64,000 nt of DNA, from positions 151,401 to 215,400 of the forward strand of contig CBDANS010000004.1 in the NCBI GenBank assembly GCA_965197745.1. The letters are read 5' to 3'. Made by a program: the position numbers and the translations under genes. Positions 60,794-64,000 of the stretch are shown here, piece by piece. The notes beneath the pieces are model-generated. The model ran no database searches, was not told the DNA's origin, and saw only the letters and a program-made list of their open reading frames with translations. Each line of letters starts with the position of its first letter. Position 1 is the stretch's first letter. The DNA comes from Opitutales bacterium. Lineage in GTDB: Bacteria; Verrucomicrobiota; Verrucomicrobiia; Opitutales; PNEW01.

Positions 60794-61339
60794 ATGACCA
60801 CAATTAATATACGTTGCGAGACTGCAGCCGACTATGAAGCCATCTTCTCGATCAACAGTCGCGCTTTTAAATCGGATGGAGAAGCGCGATTGGTCAGCGC
60901 TCTCCGGGAACAGGGCGCCTTCGATCCTAACCTCTCCCTGGTCGCTGAGAAAGAGGGACACTTAGTCGGGCATATTTTATTTACCCCCGTTGAAATTGGT
61001 GGTGAAGCAGAAACCGTGAAAGCGCTGGGTTTGGGACCGATAGCCGTTCTGCCCGAGTACCAGAGACAAGGGATTGGCTCTAAACTCATTGAAGAGGGAC
61101 TTTCCGCGTGTAGGCGATACGAACACAAGATTGTATTCGTGGTTGGTCACCCTGAGTATTACCCGCGTTTTGGATTCCTGCCTGCTTGATCCAAAGGATT
61201 AAGACTAACCTATCATGTGCCTGATGATGTATTCATGGTGCAGGAATTAATGCCCGGTGGATGCGATGGAGTTTCGGGAACGGTGAAGTATCACTCCGAA
61301 TTTAATTTGCTTAGGGACAATAAAAGGAAGGAGAAATAA
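60794..61339 (+). pseudogene. YhbS-like GNAT acetyltransferase with in-frame TGA (61187-61189)
   Basis: LGPIAVLPEYQRQGIGS..VVGHPEYYPRFGF.PA*, then in frame SKGL..VPDDVFMVQEL..GTVKYHSEF, the normal family C-terminus. Confidence 0.85.
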
Positions 61340-61717
61340 TAATACATCTCTTCGTCTTCGTGTTCGTCGTCGTCTTCGTCACTGAATTACTCCCTATTGA
61401 AATTGCGAGAAGCAACGCGACGAAGCAATCCAGGCAGATAATGTTACGCTACAGACATTCCCCTGGATCGCCGCAGTCGGCTTCGCGTCCTTCGCGATGA
61501 CACAATAGAATAATCAATATTAGCAATACGCACGGCCACGACGGAGCGTGGCCCTCCCTATGGATAAACCCGGAGATTCGACAATTATTTATTGCAGAAT
61601 ACTGATTACGAATGCGCATTGATTAACTTTAATTCCGCATTACCTCTTACACGCATTCACGCATTTCCCCTTTGACTTTCGACCTTAGACCTTTGACTTT
61701 CGACTCTTTTACCCATC

Positions 61718-62533
61718 ATGAATATGAAATACTTTACTGCGGTGATTTGGATTTTACTCGTTTTTCCTGCAGCTTCTCTTTCACAGAAGATTCCCGACAC
61801 CGTCTTCCTGGAGGAGCTTACCTGGACTGAAGTGCGGGATGCAATTGAGGCGGGAAATACTTCGATCATTTTTCCCACTGGTGGCACCGAACAGAACGGT
61901 CCACATTTGGTTTTAGGGAAGCATAATTATATCGTCAGACACACAGCCGAACAAATCGCCCGAAGGCTTGGCAATGCATTAGTCGCTCCCGTACTCGCTT
62001 ATGTGCCTGAAGGAGATCTTGATCAACCTGCCGGTCATATGCATTACCCTGGCACTATAACATTGCCTAACGAGTACTTTATGAAGGTGGCAGAATATGC
62101 GGCGCGAAGCTTTAAGGTGAATGGGTTTAAAGATATCATCCTCCTTGGTGACAGTGATAAAAATCAAGCCGGATTGGAAGCGGTTGCTGAGATGCTCAAC
62201 CGGGAATGGGCCGATACCGATGTTCGTGTCCACTACGTGTCCGAATACTACTACGGGGGAAGCCGCATATTAGATTGGTTACAGGAACAAGGTGAAACAC
62301 CAGAAGATATCGGTCAACATGCAGGATTGGTAGCTACTTCGATACTTCTGGCTATCGATGCAACATTAATTCGAGAAGCCAAGTTAGAGCCGAGCAGCAA
62401 TTATGATGAAATGGGATTCACCGGCAACCCCTCACACGCGAGCGTTGCCTATGGCCAAAAAGCACTTGAGTTTAAGATAGAAGCCGCCCTAGTTCAAATC
62501 GAAATACTAATGTCGGAAGCAAGAAATAACTGA
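61718..62533 (+). CDS. Creatininase/amidohydrolase family protein with signal peptide
   Basis: LEELTW.EV, PTGGTEQNGPH, HYPGTI, HAG..TS. Confidence 0.88.
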   Translation: MNMKYFTAVIWILLVFPAASLSQKIPDTVFLEELTWTEVRDAIEAGNTSIIFPTGGTEQNGPHLVLGKHNYIVRHTAEQIARRLGNALVAPVLAYVPEGDLDQPAGHMHYPGTITLPNEYFMKVAEYAARSFKVNGFKDIILLGDSDKNQAGLEAVAEMLNREWADTDVRVHYVSEYYYGGSRILDWLQEQGETPEDIGQHAGLVATSILLAIDATLIREAKLEPSSNYDEMGFTGNPSHASVAYGQKALEFKIEAALVQIEILMSEARNN

Positions 62534-62984
62534 CGTACTAAAGTGATTCGGGTAGTAAGCAGTACCTGTCACACCATAGCTCTACTTAGCAGAGCGACGG
62601 TTGATCCCTTCTGCATATATTTTTTATGATAGCCACTACCGAGCCGAAGGCGACATTTTTCAAAGGCACAAGAGGGAATTTTAAATAAAAGAGAAATTTT
62701 ACAGGAAGAACGGAAAGATCGGAAAGAAATAACTCTGGAGGGCCACGCTCCGTCGTGGCCGCTTAAAATTGAGAATCATTTATTTTTTTTATTTTAAATA
62801 ATGGTTACGGACGCGACGGAGCGCGTTCCTCCAGATGAAATGGTGGAACGCGATGTCCCTATCGCGTTATATCTTAGCTACTAAATAAAGAAGCGTGCTG
62901 GGGCACACCGCTCCACCTGACACTTAACACTTGTTTCTTTTGACTTTAGACTTTCGACTTATATCCAACGCGCGACCGCGCTTT

Positions 62985-63677
62985 TCATTCCGATTGATCA
63001 TCGGTAATTTCCATCAGGCTTCTCCCTAGAAATTCAGCCACATCATCATTGGATTTTGTTTCGGGCAGTTCTTCGTAGTAACGGCATTGAAATTCGACTA
63101 CAGAAAAAGGTTTGGGGAGATAAAAACGGTCCCAACTCTTAAGGCGCCAGGCGTTGTGGAACTTACCGGTGATAAGAAGGACAGGTGATTTCGCCTGGCG
63201 CGCGACGAGAGCGGCGCCCGGTTTGAACTGGTAGCGCGGACCACGGGGTCCGTCGGGGGTAATCGCGATGTCGTTGCCTGAAGTGATTTGATTGACGAGC
63301 TCACGGGTCGCAGTGACGGCGCGGTAGCTGCTGGAACCGCGGACCGCCTTAAGTCCAGCAAAGGAGAGAAAAGCGGTCAGCCAGGCACCGTCGCCACTTG
63401 CGCTGATCAGTCCGTACATCAGCCGGTGATAGCGGTAACGCCTGATAATTTCCGAAGCGACAAAGAGCCAGTTGTGCCAGATGATAACCACCGCCGGGAT
63501 ATCAGACCTGCATATCAATCGATGATTTTCAGAGGTGATTTTAAAACGCAAGGAAGCGCCCCATAAACGAAGCAATACACTTAAAGGCCAGAACGCCACA
63601 TAGCGCCAGCCAGCTAAATGCTGAATATTCGGTGCGCTTTCACCTTCTGCATCCGTTGCTGTCGTCTTTTCCTGCAT
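62985..63677 (-). CDS. DUF374 lysophospholipid acyltransferase-like protein
   Basis: WH, LISASGDG, VRGSS, ITPDGPRGP, SWDRF.LP.PFS. Confidence 0.88.
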   Translation of the reverse strand: MQEKTTATDAEGESAPNIQHLAGWRYVAFWPLSVLLRLWGASLRFKITSENHRLICRSDIPAVVIIWHNWLFVASEIIRRYRYHRLMYGLISASGDGAWLTAFLSFAGLKAVRGSSSYRAVTATRELVNQITSGNDIAITPDGPRGPRYQFKPGAALVARQAKSPVLLITGKFHNAWRLKSWDRFYLPKPFSVVEFQCRYYEELPETKSNDDVAEFLGRSLMEITDDQSE

Positions 63678-63833
63678 GGCATTATCTTTATAGCCACAAG
63701 AGGCACTACCGAAGCGAAGCGAGATCTTTCAAAACCACAAGAAAATATTACAGAATGAGCCGGTGGGGCGGTAATAATAGCACTGGAGGGCCACGCTCCG
63801 TCGTGGCCGTAACCATTATTTATAATAAGAAAA

Positions 63834-64000
63834 CGCGTTTATAACCTTAACACAAGACAACAACCATTAATTATGAAACATAAGTGGTTAAAAGACTTAG
63901 AAACTGTTTCCTGTTTGGCTTTGGAGTCGGGATTGGTCTTATTATCGAGTTCTACATCCACCAGGAGTCCACAATGATATTGTTTGGCTTTGCAAGTTTG
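63834..64000 (-). mobile_element. Second IS1595 copy (right end, inverted; runs off the window)
   Basis: 63834-64000 is the reverse complement of 60568-60734. Confidence 0.93.

Noticed and set aside
61187..61189. Selenocysteine or recoded TGA in the GNAT
   Set aside because: The position is not a catalytic Cys site in this family, TGA is a normal stop for many genes here, and no convincing SECIS was seen; nonsense mutation or base error is simpler.
55694..63830. CRISPR array or integron attC sites
   Set aside because: Repeats are heptamer runs and REP-like hairpins without constant-length unique spacers; no consistent RYYYAAC..GTTRRRY pairs; no cas or intI gene in the window.

Overview
Bacterial chromosomal window, probably Verrucomicrobiota/Opitutae-like (inferred from the Chlamydia/PVC-type NrdAB and the surface-protein C-terminal domain). 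A largely intact core at about 15-43.5 kb (NrdR-boxed nrdB-nrdA with class Ic features, sulfotransferase, heterodimeric ABC exporter, pdhABC, NUDIX, Y-family polymerase/SRAP cassette, metabolic genes, LolA-like+MMPL, tRNA-Ala) lies between two accessory regions. The left one (1-15 kb) holds IS3/IS5 relics, a prfB relic and secreted proteins. The right one (43.6-64 kb) holds large secreted proteins, then co-oriented small enzymes separated by nested short-repeat mosaics and two copies of a passenger-carrying IS1595. Most notable: (i) one ~270-aa C-terminal domain fused to different secreted passengers (3 genes, 1 pseudogene, 1 orphan tip), a candidate sorting/anchoring system; (ii) a ~25-nt micro-element TWCCGA-[covarying GNA-loop hairpin]-GACATCTTYC found at six sites, two of them inside transposase ORFs; (iii) a cassette-like gene array at 55.7-63.8 kb without attC or integrase. 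All calls come from reading motifs; no database searches were run.
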